A stretch of 64,000 nt of DNA from Anthoceros angustus (taxonomy: Eukaryota; Plantae; Anthocerotophyta): positions 682,001 to 746,000 of the forward strand of contig VJWM01000119.1 in NCBI GenBank assembly GCA_010909165.1, in the 5' to 3' direction. The notes below the pieces were generated by a model that saw only the letters and a list, made by a program, of their open reading frames with translations, made no database searches and was not told where the DNA came from. Position numbers and translations under genes: made by a program. Below, piece after piece: positions 43,401 to 54,591 of this stretch (position 1 is the stretch's first letter; each line of letters opens with the position of its first letter).

Positions 43401-44175
43401 GCTGCCCCGATCCCAAATCTCCACCCCTTGCACAAGCCTGTAGAGCAGCTACAAACACATGCCCATCTGCCTTCACAATTGACCTACGCATGTCATGATA
43501 CAATTGTATGGCCTCCTTAACTTGTCCATGTTGAACATGCGCAGCGATAATAGAAGACCACATAAAGGCATCCGGTTGGACAACCATGGTGAACACATCC
43601 ATCGCTTCCTGCAACCGTGCATGAGAGGCATACATTCGCAGGATGTGGTTGCTCAGGAACGTGTCCGACTCGTACCCCGCTTCCAGGGTGAGAGCATGAA
43701 CACGGCGACCCAGAGCCGAATGCTTCTTAGCACCGCAGATTTTGAGAACAGTGTAGAAAAGGGACCTGGAAACAGGAAAATTGGCGTGTACCAGGATGCC
43801 TAGGGCCTTCACGGCCTCACTAAGCTCACCCTCCCGACACAGTCTGTCGACGATTTCAGCCGTCACGCCAGTTTCGTATCCTGCAGTCCTCGGAGGTTCA
43901 CTTGCATCCGACAACCTCATTTTCCTTCGCCGAAAGTCCGAGCCATGGGACCAACTATCCCACCAGAGTGCCTGGTCTGGAACAGACCGTCGCCACAAGA
44001 GTTCCCCCTCGCTGGAAGGTCCTTCTCCCTCTCTTCTTCCCCTGGAACGGTCCTGATCGGCCAGCAGGTGACACCTTGCAGTCAGGCGAGCGGCAGCTCT
44101 TCCTAAGATACCTGTTGTCATACAGGTTTGTCTTTGGCCTGAGTGCCAATGAAATGCAACTCTCCAGACAAGCAT
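40495..44175 (-). CDS. Gene H: intact PLS-E1-E2-E+ factor (1226 aa) with a truncated PG/WW-type DYW start and no deaminase active site
   Basis: Uninterrupted ORF with 104-aa triplets. Ends WKQPGQCWWTDMDGLVHSFVVGDKSNFDY*. The N-terminal leader, PDF remnant and first PPR motifs are homologous to genes A-G. Confidence 0.93.
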   Translation of the reverse strand: MLVWRVAFHWHSGQRQTCMTTGILGRAAARLTARCHLLADQDRSRGRREGEGPSSEGELLWRRSVPDQALWWDSWSHGSDFRRRKMRLSDASEPPRTAGYETGVTAEIVDRLCREGELSEAVKALGILVHANFPVSRSLFYTVLKICGAKKHSALGRRVHALTLEAGYESDTFLSNHILRMYASHARLQEAMDVFTMVVQPDAFMWSSIIAAHVQHGQVKEAIQLYHDMRRSIVKADGHVFVAALQACARGGDLGSGQQVHADVLACGVEPHLFVSNCLVDMYAKCGSLEDAQGVFDGLRHKDVVTWNAMIAGYFQQGKNQEALRLYSFMREEGVTSPDSVTFNCVLQACGGVGTPALAKGKLLHSQIKEEGLQNDVLVSNNLINMYVKCGSLEDARSVFDRLPRKDVVTWTSLIAGYSQQGMGQEALRLYSAMEEEGIAAPNSVTFVCLLQACASVGADAMERGKQIHAQIEDQGLQSDVTIGNSLINMYVKCGSLEDAQGVFDGLHQKDVVTWNAMIAGYSQQGRGDEALHLYGAMRNTGILPPNSVTFVCLMQACASLGIMAIEKGKQLHAEIEEQGLQADLFVANSLINMYMKCGSLQLAQTVFDKLPRKDVVTWTTLVAGYSHQGMGQEALNLYSAIQEEGLEPLNSVTFLCLLKACASVGVMALDIGKQLHAQIVRQGLQENVSVANSLINMYARCGSLQHAQSIFDQLSQKDVVTWTSLIARYSEQGMGQEAFRLYSAMQDEGLVPPDSVTFACLLQACASMGQLGLEKGKQLHGHIREQGRQTDMFVANSLIDMYAKCGSLQDAQNVFDGLRQKEVVTWTALISGYSQQGMGEEALHLYTAMQEEGVAAPNSATYVCLLQACASVGVAALEKGKWLHAQIEEQGLQAHVTVGNNLINMYAKCGSLEDARSVFDGLRVKDVVTWNVMIAGYSEQGKAHEALQLYTAMREEGVTLDSVTFVCLLQACAIVAALHLGRDLHVEIKELGLQDDLFVAISLIDMYAKSGSVDEAQQVFEALPKKHIVAWNALIAGYTRQGDSALVFDLVGRMREHGIQPDGITFLSVLTVCSHAGLVNKGQEYFEAMSRDYGINPGAEHYSCMVDLLGRSGQLDEALALVRTMPVQPQDTLWRSLLGNCGKWRSVEVGRHAFEEAVKLDKKDAAAYVLMSNIYTSAQMWEQAKEMQTRRKEIGAWKQPGQCWWTDMDGLVHSFVVGDKSNFDY

Positions 44176-44956
44176 GGTATAGAAGCATCGCGTTCGGTGA
44201 ACTTGTATTCAGGAATTCAGCAGAGCCAGAGTCTAGGTTCAAGGAATCATAAGCTTGCGCTCCCGATACTACATCCCTCTTCACATCCTTGCAAGCACAT
44301 GACCAGTCGCTTAAGTCAGAGTGCGAGAAGGTGAAGGTTCCCCTTCTCGCTTCAATTTGGGCAGGAACTGGGAAAAAACCAGATAGAGGTGCAGACGACA
44401 TGACTGACAACTGAATGCAAAATCAGGACAAGCAAAGTCAAGAATTTCCTCACTTGAGCCAAACATTCTCGTCCCGCACTGCTGTAGGAGGACATCCTTG
44501 TGTCTCTAGGAACACAATTCTTTAATTTGGGCTCCTCGGCACTCTCCGGCGATCGTAGCTCCTTGGCGGTGAGCTTAGCAAACGTTCCGGCCTCCCTCTG
44601 CACTCGTAGGGATTTGTCAGACGATTCCTCCGTCTGTTGGAAATATGGCACCTGGCTGTGCCCGGGGGAGCCGTAAGCATTGCCACACTAAGAGAGACGC
44701 GTCACGCACTACTCTTGCCAAGATCCAGATTAACACGTTCTGGAATTTTGCACACCTCATAATTCACAATCAGAGGATTAATTGGTCATAATCTTGTTGA
44801 TACACCGTTTGATGCTCTCCGCGGAGCCTGCAGGATGCTCTCCAAGGGGTTCGGCAATCTGCCTGACAGCAATGCGGTTGCATGCGAGTATGCAATGTGA
44901 CGTATCCTGCCTAATGGTGTTCTATACTTGTACCCCTTCAACCCTGTGCCTGTGCG

Positions 44957-45232
44957 GGATCAGCTTCAGCAGGGCAGGAAGCTTCATTCCCAGATTCAGG
45001 AAGCAGGCCTTGAAGCTGATGGCCACCTGATGGCACGCAGGTGAGGGTTGGATCAGCTTCAGCAGGGCAGGAAGCTTCATTTCCAGATTCAGAAGGCAGG
45101 TCTCAAAGCTGATGACCGGCTGATGGCACGCAGGGTGAGGCTTGGATCAGGCTCAGCAGGGCAGGAAGCTGCATTCCCAGATTCAGGAAGCTCGAAGCTG
45201 ATGACTAACTGATGGCACGCAGGGTGAGGATT
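44957..45232 (+). repeat. ~93-bp x3 minisatellite derived from a PPR L-motif fragment (copies at ~59989-60262; single unit ~59028-59117)
   Basis: Unit ggatcagcttcagcagggcaggaagcttcattcccagattcaggaagcaggccttgaagctgatg... translates LQQGRKLHSQIQEAGLEAD. Confidence 0.8.
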
Positions 45233-45450
45233 GATGCACCAGCTTCTTGCATCTGCGTCGTCCATGAACGATGGTAATGTCGCAAATAGCAAGTGCCGAG
45301 GTGAGCCATCTCAACAAGGAGTGTGGTTGTGGTGGAGTAAATCAAGCGGGGGAAGCGGATTCAAGTTCATATCAGCTGCTTACCACAGTCTTCGTACAGC
45401 ACACACCTCCCTGTTGAACCGGCTGCTGGGCACTGGCTAGTCCTCCTTTC

Positions 45451-46487
45451 TCACGGTCGACCCGTACAACTGCAACAACCAGCTGCGAATCGATGCACAC
45501 GGTACCCATCCCTTACCACAATGTCTCTCTTTTCAACCCTTGACATAATCTCCGTGGAACTGTGGCAGTCACTGCACATCCGTAGATTCTTCGTTACCAC
45601 CAGAGGGGTGCCACTCGGAGTGTTCAAGAGACCAAACGCCAGAGCCAGCTTCTCAGCATGCCCACAAAGCACATCTTCCTTTTCTTTCTCAGATAGTGGC
45701 CTCAACACCAACTTGGTGTGTGGTGCGTGGCCTCCTTCCTGCTTCAGACGTGCATTTACGGTCTCTACCTTGAGCGCAATATCATCCCTGTTTTCTCCCA
45801 CCACAAATGTATGTACCTGCTTCTTCACCTCAATGCCCGCCACCGCAGGCTTCTTGTTAGCTCCTGCTATCATTCTCTGAGTTTCAATCCTGTCTACATC
45901 GGCCCACCTACCTGCATCTGCATAGGCGTTGGCCATGAGCACATATGCCGATGCACTCTGAGGCTCCAGTCTTACGAGACTTTCAAAACACCGCCTCGCC
46001 CTCTCTATATCCCCGTGACTCTTGCAGGCATTCAGCAACGACGTCAAACCTACAACATTGCTTCGGCTCTGACAAGATAACAGCATGTCCTCTGCCTCAT
46101 CTAAATGGCCTGCACGCCCAAGAAGATCAATCATGCAATTGTAATGCTCGACAGTAGGGTTGATGCCATGCTGTTCAAACATGGAATCAAAGTGCTTGAG
46201 ACCCTCATTCACCAGTCCCGCATGACTGCATGCTACTAGAAGGCAAGTGAAAGTAGCATCATCAGGCGAAACACCAGCGACTAACATCTCTTCAAAGCAA
46301 GCTAGTGCGCTGTGACCTTCATCACAATTACCACACCCGGCGATAAGAGCATTCCACGTCACCACATCCTTTGCGGCCAAGCTGTCGAAAACGCTGCGTG
46401 CAGATGGCAGGTCGCCACATTTTGCATACATGTCGACTAGGCAGTTGCCCACAAGTATGTTACCTAGGTGTCCTCTTTCCACAATCC
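45451..46487 (-). pseudogene. Locus I: 3' part (S-P2-L2-S2-E1-E2-DYW:KP, ends GRP) of a PPR editing gene, separated from its 5' part
   Basis: Homology starts abruptly at IVERGHLGNILVGNCLVDMY (~46487). The frame is intact to HAEKLA...CSDCH...CSCTGRP. Confidence 0.85.
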
Positions 46488-47000
46488 GTGTGTCTCTGAT
46501 CTTCAGGCCAACTTCACCACCTTCCTCCCCACTTTCTGCGTTGGAGTTTCGAAACTTCAAAAATGTTTTGCACGACTGTTGCCAAGGCCATTGAGTGCTG
46601 CTGTGAACGTAACTGGGATTAGAATCAGACAGTGCTTTGAAAGTTGACGCTACCGGCCGAAGGGTTTAGGGTCTAGGAATCTAAGCCCCGAACTTCGAAG
46701 TAGGAGGAAAATGCAGACAGTTTTGTTCTTTGTGCTTCTTGTATTTGATGGCACAGTTGAGTGGGAGTTGCAGGTGGCACTCCCCATCAGGGCGGGTAGG
46801 GAGCACGGAATTATGGCACAACGCATCAAGGCATATTTGTGTCCCTTCATCACGCTGAACGACGTACCTGTATGATAGTAACACTGGAAATGGCGAACCT
46901 CGAAATGGGCTGGTCAGGCTGGGTTTGAGATCCTGGTTCGTGTTGCTAGGATGGTCTTTGGTTGTTGTGAGTCTCAATTTCGCAGAGCGGTGCCTGTAAG

Positions 47001-47412
47001 ATGGCGACAGTCTGGCCACCGGGATTCATTGTGGACCCAGCAAATTGGTGGATGCGTGGGGATTTCAGAAGGAGCTCTCGCCCACCCCACCTCTGACAAG
47101 CAAGCCTCCAGGTGCAGCAGTGTAAGGAACGTAGCGCTTCCCAGAAAATGGAGGGCTGTGGGACCACTGGACCCTGTCATGCGGTGGGATAACAGACGAG
47201 GTGAGAAGAGCTTCCGTTCACCTGGGTTCCGGGGTAAGGGATCCGGCCAGGTTCTCTGGTTGAACAGCTTGTTCGAGCCAGCTTGGTTGGATGAGCAGCC
47301 TGTTTGTTTGGATCTGCAGATTGTTCATGGCGCATCTCCTTCCAAGTCGAGCTCTTCGGACAAGCCCGAGCATGGCAGACGTGCAGGATCGAGAAGGGGC
47401 GCCGTAACGGCT
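47001..47412 (+). pseudogene. Isolated, frameshifted N-terminal leader + degenerate PDF fragment, in the opposite orientation to flanking loci I and J
   Basis: ATG at 47001 is out of frame with DSLWTQQIGGCVGI...LDPVMRWDNRRGEKSFRSPGFRGKGSGQVLWLNSLFEPAWLDEQ. It ends at GAVTA, where the minus-strand PPR array begins. Confidence 0.8.
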
Positions 47413-50400
47413 GCGAGTGCAGCTGCCTGCCCTTCTGTAATGCACCAGCAGTTGCACAGGCCTTCAGAAGGCAAGCAAAAGTAACATGGTCACCCACAAT
47501 CAGGCCCTCCTGCTCCATTTGTCCATACAGAACAAGCGCCTCTTGCCCTAGCCCATGACTTGCATATCCAGCTATCAGGGCATTCCATGTCACCACATCC
47601 TTTGTGGTCAAGGTGTCAAAAACCCGGTGTGCATCTTGAAGTTCGCCACACTTTGCATACATGTCCACCAGGCAAGTGCCCACGTACCTGGTCTACATGG
47701 GCTGTTTCAACAATCCGTGAGTGTAGCTGCCTGCCCCTCTGTAAGTCACCAATGCTTGCACAGGCCTTCAGAAGGCAAGCAAAAGTAACCTCGTCAGCCA
47801 CAACCAGTCCCTCCTGCTCCATTTGTTCATACAAAACAAGCGCCTGTTGACCAAGCCCATGATTTGCATAACCACCAATCAGGGCATTCCAGGTCACCAC
47901 ATTTTTTATGGCCAAGCTGTGAAAACCCGGCCTGCATCTTCCATTTCTCAAACTTTGCATACATGTCCACCAGGCAGTGCCCACAAGTGTATTCTCTAGC
48001 TGTCCTCTTTCCACAATCTGTGAGTGCAGCTGCCTGCCCTTCTGTAGGGCACCAGGCGCTTGCACAGGCCTTCAGAAGGCAAGCAAAAGTGACATGGTCC
48101 ACAATCAGGCCCTCCTTCTCCATTTGTCCATACAGAACAAGTGCCTCTTCACCGAGCCCATGATTGGCATACCCAGCTATCAGGGCCGTCCATGTCACCA
48201 CATTTTGTCGCCAAGCTGTCAAAAACCATGCATCTTCCAGTTCGCCACATTTTGCATACATGTCGACTAGGCAGTTGCCCACAAGTATGTTACCTAGGTG
48301 TCCTCTTTCCACAATCTGCGAGTGCAGCTGCCTGCCCTTCTGCAAGGCACCAACGCTTGCACAGGACTTCAGAAGGCAAGCAAACGTCACATGGTCAGCC
48401 AAAACCAGGCCCTCCTGCTCCATTTCTCCATACAGAACAAGCGCCTCTTGGCCGAGCCCCTGCTGAGCATACCCAGCAATCAGGGCATTCCATGTGACCA
48501 CATTTTTGGTACGCAAGCTGTCGAAAACCAATCGTGCATCTTCCAGTTCGCCAAATTTTGCATACATGTCCACCAAGGAAGTGCCCACAAGTATATTCTC
48601 AAGCTGTCCTCTCTCCACAATCTGAGAGTGCAGCTGCCTGCCCTTCTGTAAAGCATCAGAGCTTGCACAAGCCTTCAGCAGGTAAGGGAAAGTGACATGG
48701 TCACCCACAATCAGTCCCTCCTGCTCCATTTGTTCATACACAAAAAGCGCCTCTTGACCAAGCCCATGATTTGCATAACCACCAATCAGGGCATTCCATG
48801 TCACCAAACTTTTTGTGGCCAAGCTGTCAAAAACCCTGTGTGCATCTTCCAGTTCGCCACATTTTGCATACATGTCTACCAGGCAAGTGCCCACACGTAC
48901 CTGGTCTACATGGGCTGTTTCAACAATCCGTGAGTGTAGCTGCCTGCCCCTCTGTAAGTCACCAATGCTTGCACAGGCCTTCAGAAGGCAAGCAAAAGTA
49001 ACCTCGTCAGCCACAACCAGTCCCTCCTGCTCCATTTGTTCATACAAAACAAGCGCCTGTTGACCAAGCCCATGACCTACGTAGCCAGCAATAAGGGCAT
49101 TCCAGGTCACCACATTTTTTATGGCCAAGCTGTGAAAAACCCGGCCTGCATCTTCCATTTCTCCAAACTTTGCATACATGTCCACCAGGCAAGTGCCCAC
49201 AAGTGTATTCTCTAGCTGTCCTCTTTCCACAATCTGTGAGTGCAGCTGCCTGCCCTTCTGTAGGGCGCCCGCGCTTGCACAGGCCTTCAGAAGGCAAGCA
49301 AAAGTGACATGGTCCGCCACAATCAGGCCCTCCTTCTCCATTTGTCCATACAGAACAAGTGCCTCTTCACCGAGCCCATGATTGGCATACCCAGCTATCA
49401 GGGCCGTCCATGTCACCAGATTTTTCGTCGCCAAGCTGTCAAAAACCATGCGTGCATCTTCCAGTTCGCCACATTTTGCATACATGTCCACCAGACAGTT
49501 ACCCACCAGTATGTTGTTCAGCTGTCCTCGTTCCACAATCTGTGAGTGCAGCTCCCTGCCCTTCTGTAAAGCACCAGTGCTCGCACAGGCCTTCAGAAGG
49601 CAAGCAAAAGTAACATGGTTACCCACAACCAGGCCCTCCCGCTCCATCTGTTGATACAAAGCAAGCGCCTGTTGGCTGAGCCCATGATTAGCATACCCAT
49701 CTATCAGGGCCGTCCATGTCACCACATCCTTTGTGGTCAAGCTGTCAAAAACCCTGCGTGCATCTTCCAGATCACCACATTTTGCATACATGTCCACAAG
49801 GCAGTTGCCGACAAATAAGTTAGGAGGAATGCCACTGCGCAAAACATCACAGTGCACAGTTTTCCCAGATTCCAAGTCCGCAGCAAACGCACAAGCTTGA
49901 AGGGCAGCTACAAAGACGTGACCATTCGCCTTCACACCCAAGTTACGCATCTTATGGTACAGTTGAATGGCCTCATTCGGCTTCCCATGTTTAGCATGTG
50001 CAGAGATAATGGAAAACCACATGAAAGCATCTGGTTTGCTAACCCTGGTGAACACATCCATGGCCTCCTGTAGCCTACCTGCACATGCATACATGCGCAA
50101 GACATGGTTCCCACGTATGTATTCGACTCATACCCAAGTTCGACACAGAGATCATGCACTCGACGCCCCACAACCAGATCCTTCTTAACTCCACAAAGTT
50201 TTAGCACATCGTAAAATGGACTCAGAACGACAGTCCATCTGCACCAGAGATTCCAGTGCTTCAACGGCCTCAGTAAGCCTCCCTGCTGACAGAGCGTGCC
50301 CACGGTTACAGAGCCGCGCCCAATCTTTCACCCTAGACTCATGCTTATCCGCAGAGCTCAACTTCGAAGGAGGAGGACCACGAACCATCTTCAAATCCAG

Positions 50401-50772
50401 GGAAACGAGCTGCTCATCCACCAAGCTGGCTTGCACATGCTGTTTAACCAGAGAGCCTCGCTGGACCTCTTACGTCGGAAGTCCGGCGACCGGGCCCTCT
50501 TCTTACCTCGCCTGTTATCCCACCACATGGCAGGATCCAGAAATAGTTGTCTCCACAATAGCTCCCTCCTGCTCCTGGCGAAGAGCATCGCTGGCAACGC
50601 CACAGCCATCCGTTTCCTCGGAAGTGCTGAGGTCCTTACGCTGCTGCACCTGGAGGCTTGGTTGTTTGCCAGCGGTTGATTCCCGTTGGTGAGGTGCACG
50701 GAGCTCCTCGTGGGATCCTGTACACCCAATTCGTTGGGTCCACAACGGATCCGGTTGCCATGTTGTGGTCAT
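47413..50772 (-). pseudogene. Locus J: 5' part and PLS array of a PPR editing gene. The N-terminus is a copy of F's, the array is distinct from F's, and there are many indels.
   Basis: MTTTWQPDPLW start at 50772. ORF 47827-50100 is a PLS array that diverges from F below ~50075 and stops at RQLHSQ (~47413). Confidence 0.8.
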
Positions 50773-51589
50773 CTTCCAGGAACCGCTGTCGGAGGATGAA
50801 ACGCACGGTAACCATGCAGGCTGTGGCAGGATGCCTAGGGACACTGTGCCACACCATGAAACATGCACCCAAGGTCCAAAGCACTCCTACAGTGCAACAG
50901 GAAGATGATACTGATGGCCTGAACTACGGGGTCTCTAGCAAGCAAAGACTGTATGTCCATACATATCATGCTGGATAAAGCACATCACACAGTGCTGAGT
51001 CCGGGACCCTGGGTGACCTTCCGAGTCCCTGCCAGTGCACACATCCATACCCGAAGGCCCAGACTATGGCGCCCAAGGGCTGGTTTCCATGGGCAAGTTT
51101 TCATCAACTTCAACTTCTCACATTACTAGATGTATACATTACGACAAAAACAAAGCGGGTTTGGGGAAGTTTCAACAAACTCCCACGATGATCGGAGACG
51201 AGCGGTCTAGCGAGTTTTACGGCAACAACCGGGTACCGGAAGCCACGGTGTCACGTTACCGTTTTTCCCGGTCTCCCAAGCGCGGGCTTACTACGCGGGC
51301 AATTGCAAGGACACGGGTGCTGGAAAGGCGGGGGAGGCTGTGCACTCGATCAGGAAGGCAGCCGCTTGGGCAAGAAGGGAAAGCAAGGGCGAGCTGAAGC
51401 AATGGTGATGGCTGAAGGCTTAGGGCAGCCATCTCAAAGATGCGGCTTGCCATTAAGTGCAGTGCCTTCGAGTTCTTTGCTCCCCAATTTTTCCATAAGT
51501 TCTGCATTGCCTTTGGCTTTGATCTCACCTTTCACTTATCCGGCCAGGCCTGTCACCTCATAAATTGATATACCCACAGCAACAGTCAT

Positions 51590-53510
51590 GAGCCAGGGCC
51601 GTCCACACATCAGGATTTAAGGCACCAAGGCAAGTGTGGACATTGCAGGAGCTTCACATTTTGCAGGCAGCTAAGAAGATTGATCATGAATCAGAGTGAT
51701 GGGAGGCAACAGGAAAAGAAGAGGAAGGATACTGAACGGTGGGAGGAAGGATACTGAACGGTGGGAGGAAGTGGCACGCTACTGCTACATGAACGGTGTG
51801 GTGTACTGCTGGTCAGGCCAAAAGTAAGTGGGACAATCTTGCACAGGATTGGAAAAAAATCAATGACCATTGCCGGCATCCGTTAAGTGGACAAGATACA
51901 TACTGGCAGATGAGTGTGGAGAAGAAGGCTCACAAATTGCCCCTAGCTTTGAGCATAGCTTGTTTACAGCAATTGAATTGTGGTGAAGATAATTTATTGC
52001 AGCAGGCAATGCAATTGCTGAAACAAGACCTGAACACACAACGAGATTTTATTCGAATCAATGTCCTGAGTGGTCGTGCGCTGAGCTGCATCACGGGCTT
52101 CCATCGGCAGGCGCTCAAAGTGAAGAATAAGCAATCGCACTCAAGTGACTTGCATGAGTGCAGAGCTTGGGACGAAAGCCGGACTCGCGTGAGTGCTGAG
52201 TAGCCGGTCGTTTGCGAGTGATGAGTAGCCGGTGAAGGTCCTTTTTACGGAAGGAATGCACCGAAGCCATGGAAAGTGGCAATACCGTTCCGGTACAACT
52301 GCAAGTTGAAAAACCGCCGTAAATATCGGCCCTCATGGAAAACCAGCCCTAAGGCCACGTCATATTACTACGAAACGGGGTGAAGATTTATTTGTGGTGA
52401 CCAGCAACTGTGAACCGCTGAGAGACACAAAAACAAACATGGACAAGAGGCACAACGCAAACATGGACTAGTAAGAACAGGTCCATTATGATATCATGGA
52501 GCACAACCGTGTGGGGTTTTGTGATCGGCAAGGACGGATCCACCGCTTGATGTATTCTCAAACGCTGAAGTTGCCCATTGTCAGTGCTCACTACTTAAAA
52601 TATCACCATCCACTACTTTCCTATATAAGTCTAAATTGCTCAAAATTCTTGCATCATTTACAGATCTAGAATCCAACAAAGACATCCAAGAAACGCATGT
52701 TCATATCAACATAAACTTGAATGCACACAATATCATCATGATTCCTGTCAAAGTAGTCTGTGGCCATTTCTCGTGATATGAGCTCAATGGCCATTTCTCG
52801 TGACATGAGCTCAATGGCCATTTCTCATGACATGAGTTCAATCTCAACGTTATGAGCTCAATCTCGACGTGTGTGACGTCAATTGCACCACAGCAGGTTT
52901 TCAGACCCTGATGCCTCTCAAACTGCACCACAGCAGTTCTTCAGACCCTGATGCCTCTCAAACTCTTTGGTGGCTACTAGTACTTCTCCTTGTGGCTAGG
53001 ATATGAGGTGTCTGCCATTCCTGTTCATAGCACGAAAGAATCACCATACAATTTTTGATGCTATTGATTCAGCCAATCCAAACAATTCTCCACTTGAGAG
53101 TGTCTCGTGTCATTGGGTTCCTGTTCATAGCACGAATGAATCACCTTAAAATTTTTGCTGCTATTGATTCAGCCGACCCAAACAATTCTCCACTTGACAG
53201 TGTCTCATGTCACTGGGCATCTCAATGCTAAAGCTATTTGAATGTCAACCACTAATTGTCTGTTTGAAATCTCCCTGGGCGGTGACGGTGTTTTTCTTTT
53301 GAGATCTTCAGCCACCAAGCTGCAAACGTAGGTGAAAGTTGTGGAAATCATTCGCAACAATTTGCGAAATCGTTCAGGATCTGCATGCCAAGTAGATTCT
53401 TTAAAAAGAGTCCACCATGCCCAGCATCTGTCCTTGATGTAGTAATCTACTATCTCACATTTCTTCCATGATAGTATGGAAACTGTTGCACCAACCAAAA
53501 GAAACATCAT
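51590..53510. mobile_element. Inverted copy of the Harbinger relic
   Basis: ORFs 52701-52931(-), 53205-53510(-) and 51796-52203(+) repeat those at 24-26 kb. Confidence 0.85.
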
Positions 53511-54591
53511 GGTTCAAACCTTGACAACAATGCTTTCTCGAGAATTTCGGTGACCAGATCGTACATGAAGCCTTTTGGGCCGCCTCTCCCTGAAATTCAA
53601 GGCAGCAGGCAAAGTCATTACAAAACCAACTGAAATTCGAGGCAGCAAGCAAAGTCATTACAAAACCAAGGAATGAACAAAGTGCTAGCTTCTTGTTTCT
53701 GTCCCGGCCTGCAAGATCATTCTCAGATTTAGGTTCCATGCTACTATCAAGTGACTGTCACAAACCTGGGATTCTTTTATGATGAACGCTTCATTCACAT
53801 CGGCGTGTGCGGTCATAGTTCCGTATGTAATGAAAACTTGCTGGAATAAACTCCCCAGTGAAAGCCAAAACAGGTCATCAAGGTTTTACAAGCTGTAAGT
53901 TGAGCCTGTATTCCATGGGCTCCATGGAAAGCAACTAAGAGTCTCATCCTCCCTAGAATTATACTACTGTCAACCTGCTTGGCCTCCTGCTCTTCTCTCA
54001 ATACTTGTTTTCCTTCTCTAACTTTCTTCTTTCCTCTTATTTCCACTTCCTCTCCGATTTCTAGTACTCAGTTTAAGTTTTCTCAAGCAACTTTGCTTGA
54101 TCCTAATTGCGCCAAAAACTTTGCTTAATCATTAATGTATTAGTTTTACTTTTCATGTTCTTCCTCGTTTTCCTTTTCGTGCATGTCCTGATTCCAACCT
54201 GATCTACCTCGTGCCTCTAACCTGGCGACTACCTCGAGCCCCTGCTCAGGACGCTTATCTCGTGCTCCTCATTCTAACATCATGATCTCGTCCGTAATCT
54301 TCACTCAGCAATTGAATTCAGTTCAATGCCTATCCTTGTGAACTTTCGCTGAAGCAGACAAATTCAAAAAGGAAGGTAATCTGAACGTCTGGCTAAAGCT
54401 GGTATCTGATCTTCCTAACTATGCACCGTATAGGTAGCAGTATAACTCGGTTTGCCTAAAACATGTCCTCCGGTGCATAGGGTCAGGTCAGGACTGTACT
54501 AAGGTAAGGACAGTTTACTTACGGTGAGAGCCAGCAGACAAATGACAGTTAGTGTCAAGGACGTCAAGCAATGGAAGAGGGATAAATGAGC

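Noticed and set aside
45451-46560. Locus I as a stand-alone short DYW donor protein
   Set aside because: The 369-aa ORF starts at a non-ATG in unrelated DNA, lacks a targeting leader, and is better explained as the 3' half of J.
46660-46678. Telomere-like agggtttagggt
   Set aside because: A single short match; at most a telo-box, not an interstitial telomere array.
46488-47412. The insert between I and J as an intron
   Set aside because: No convincing GT...AG boundaries at the homology breakpoints on the minus strand, and all other paralogs are intron-free.
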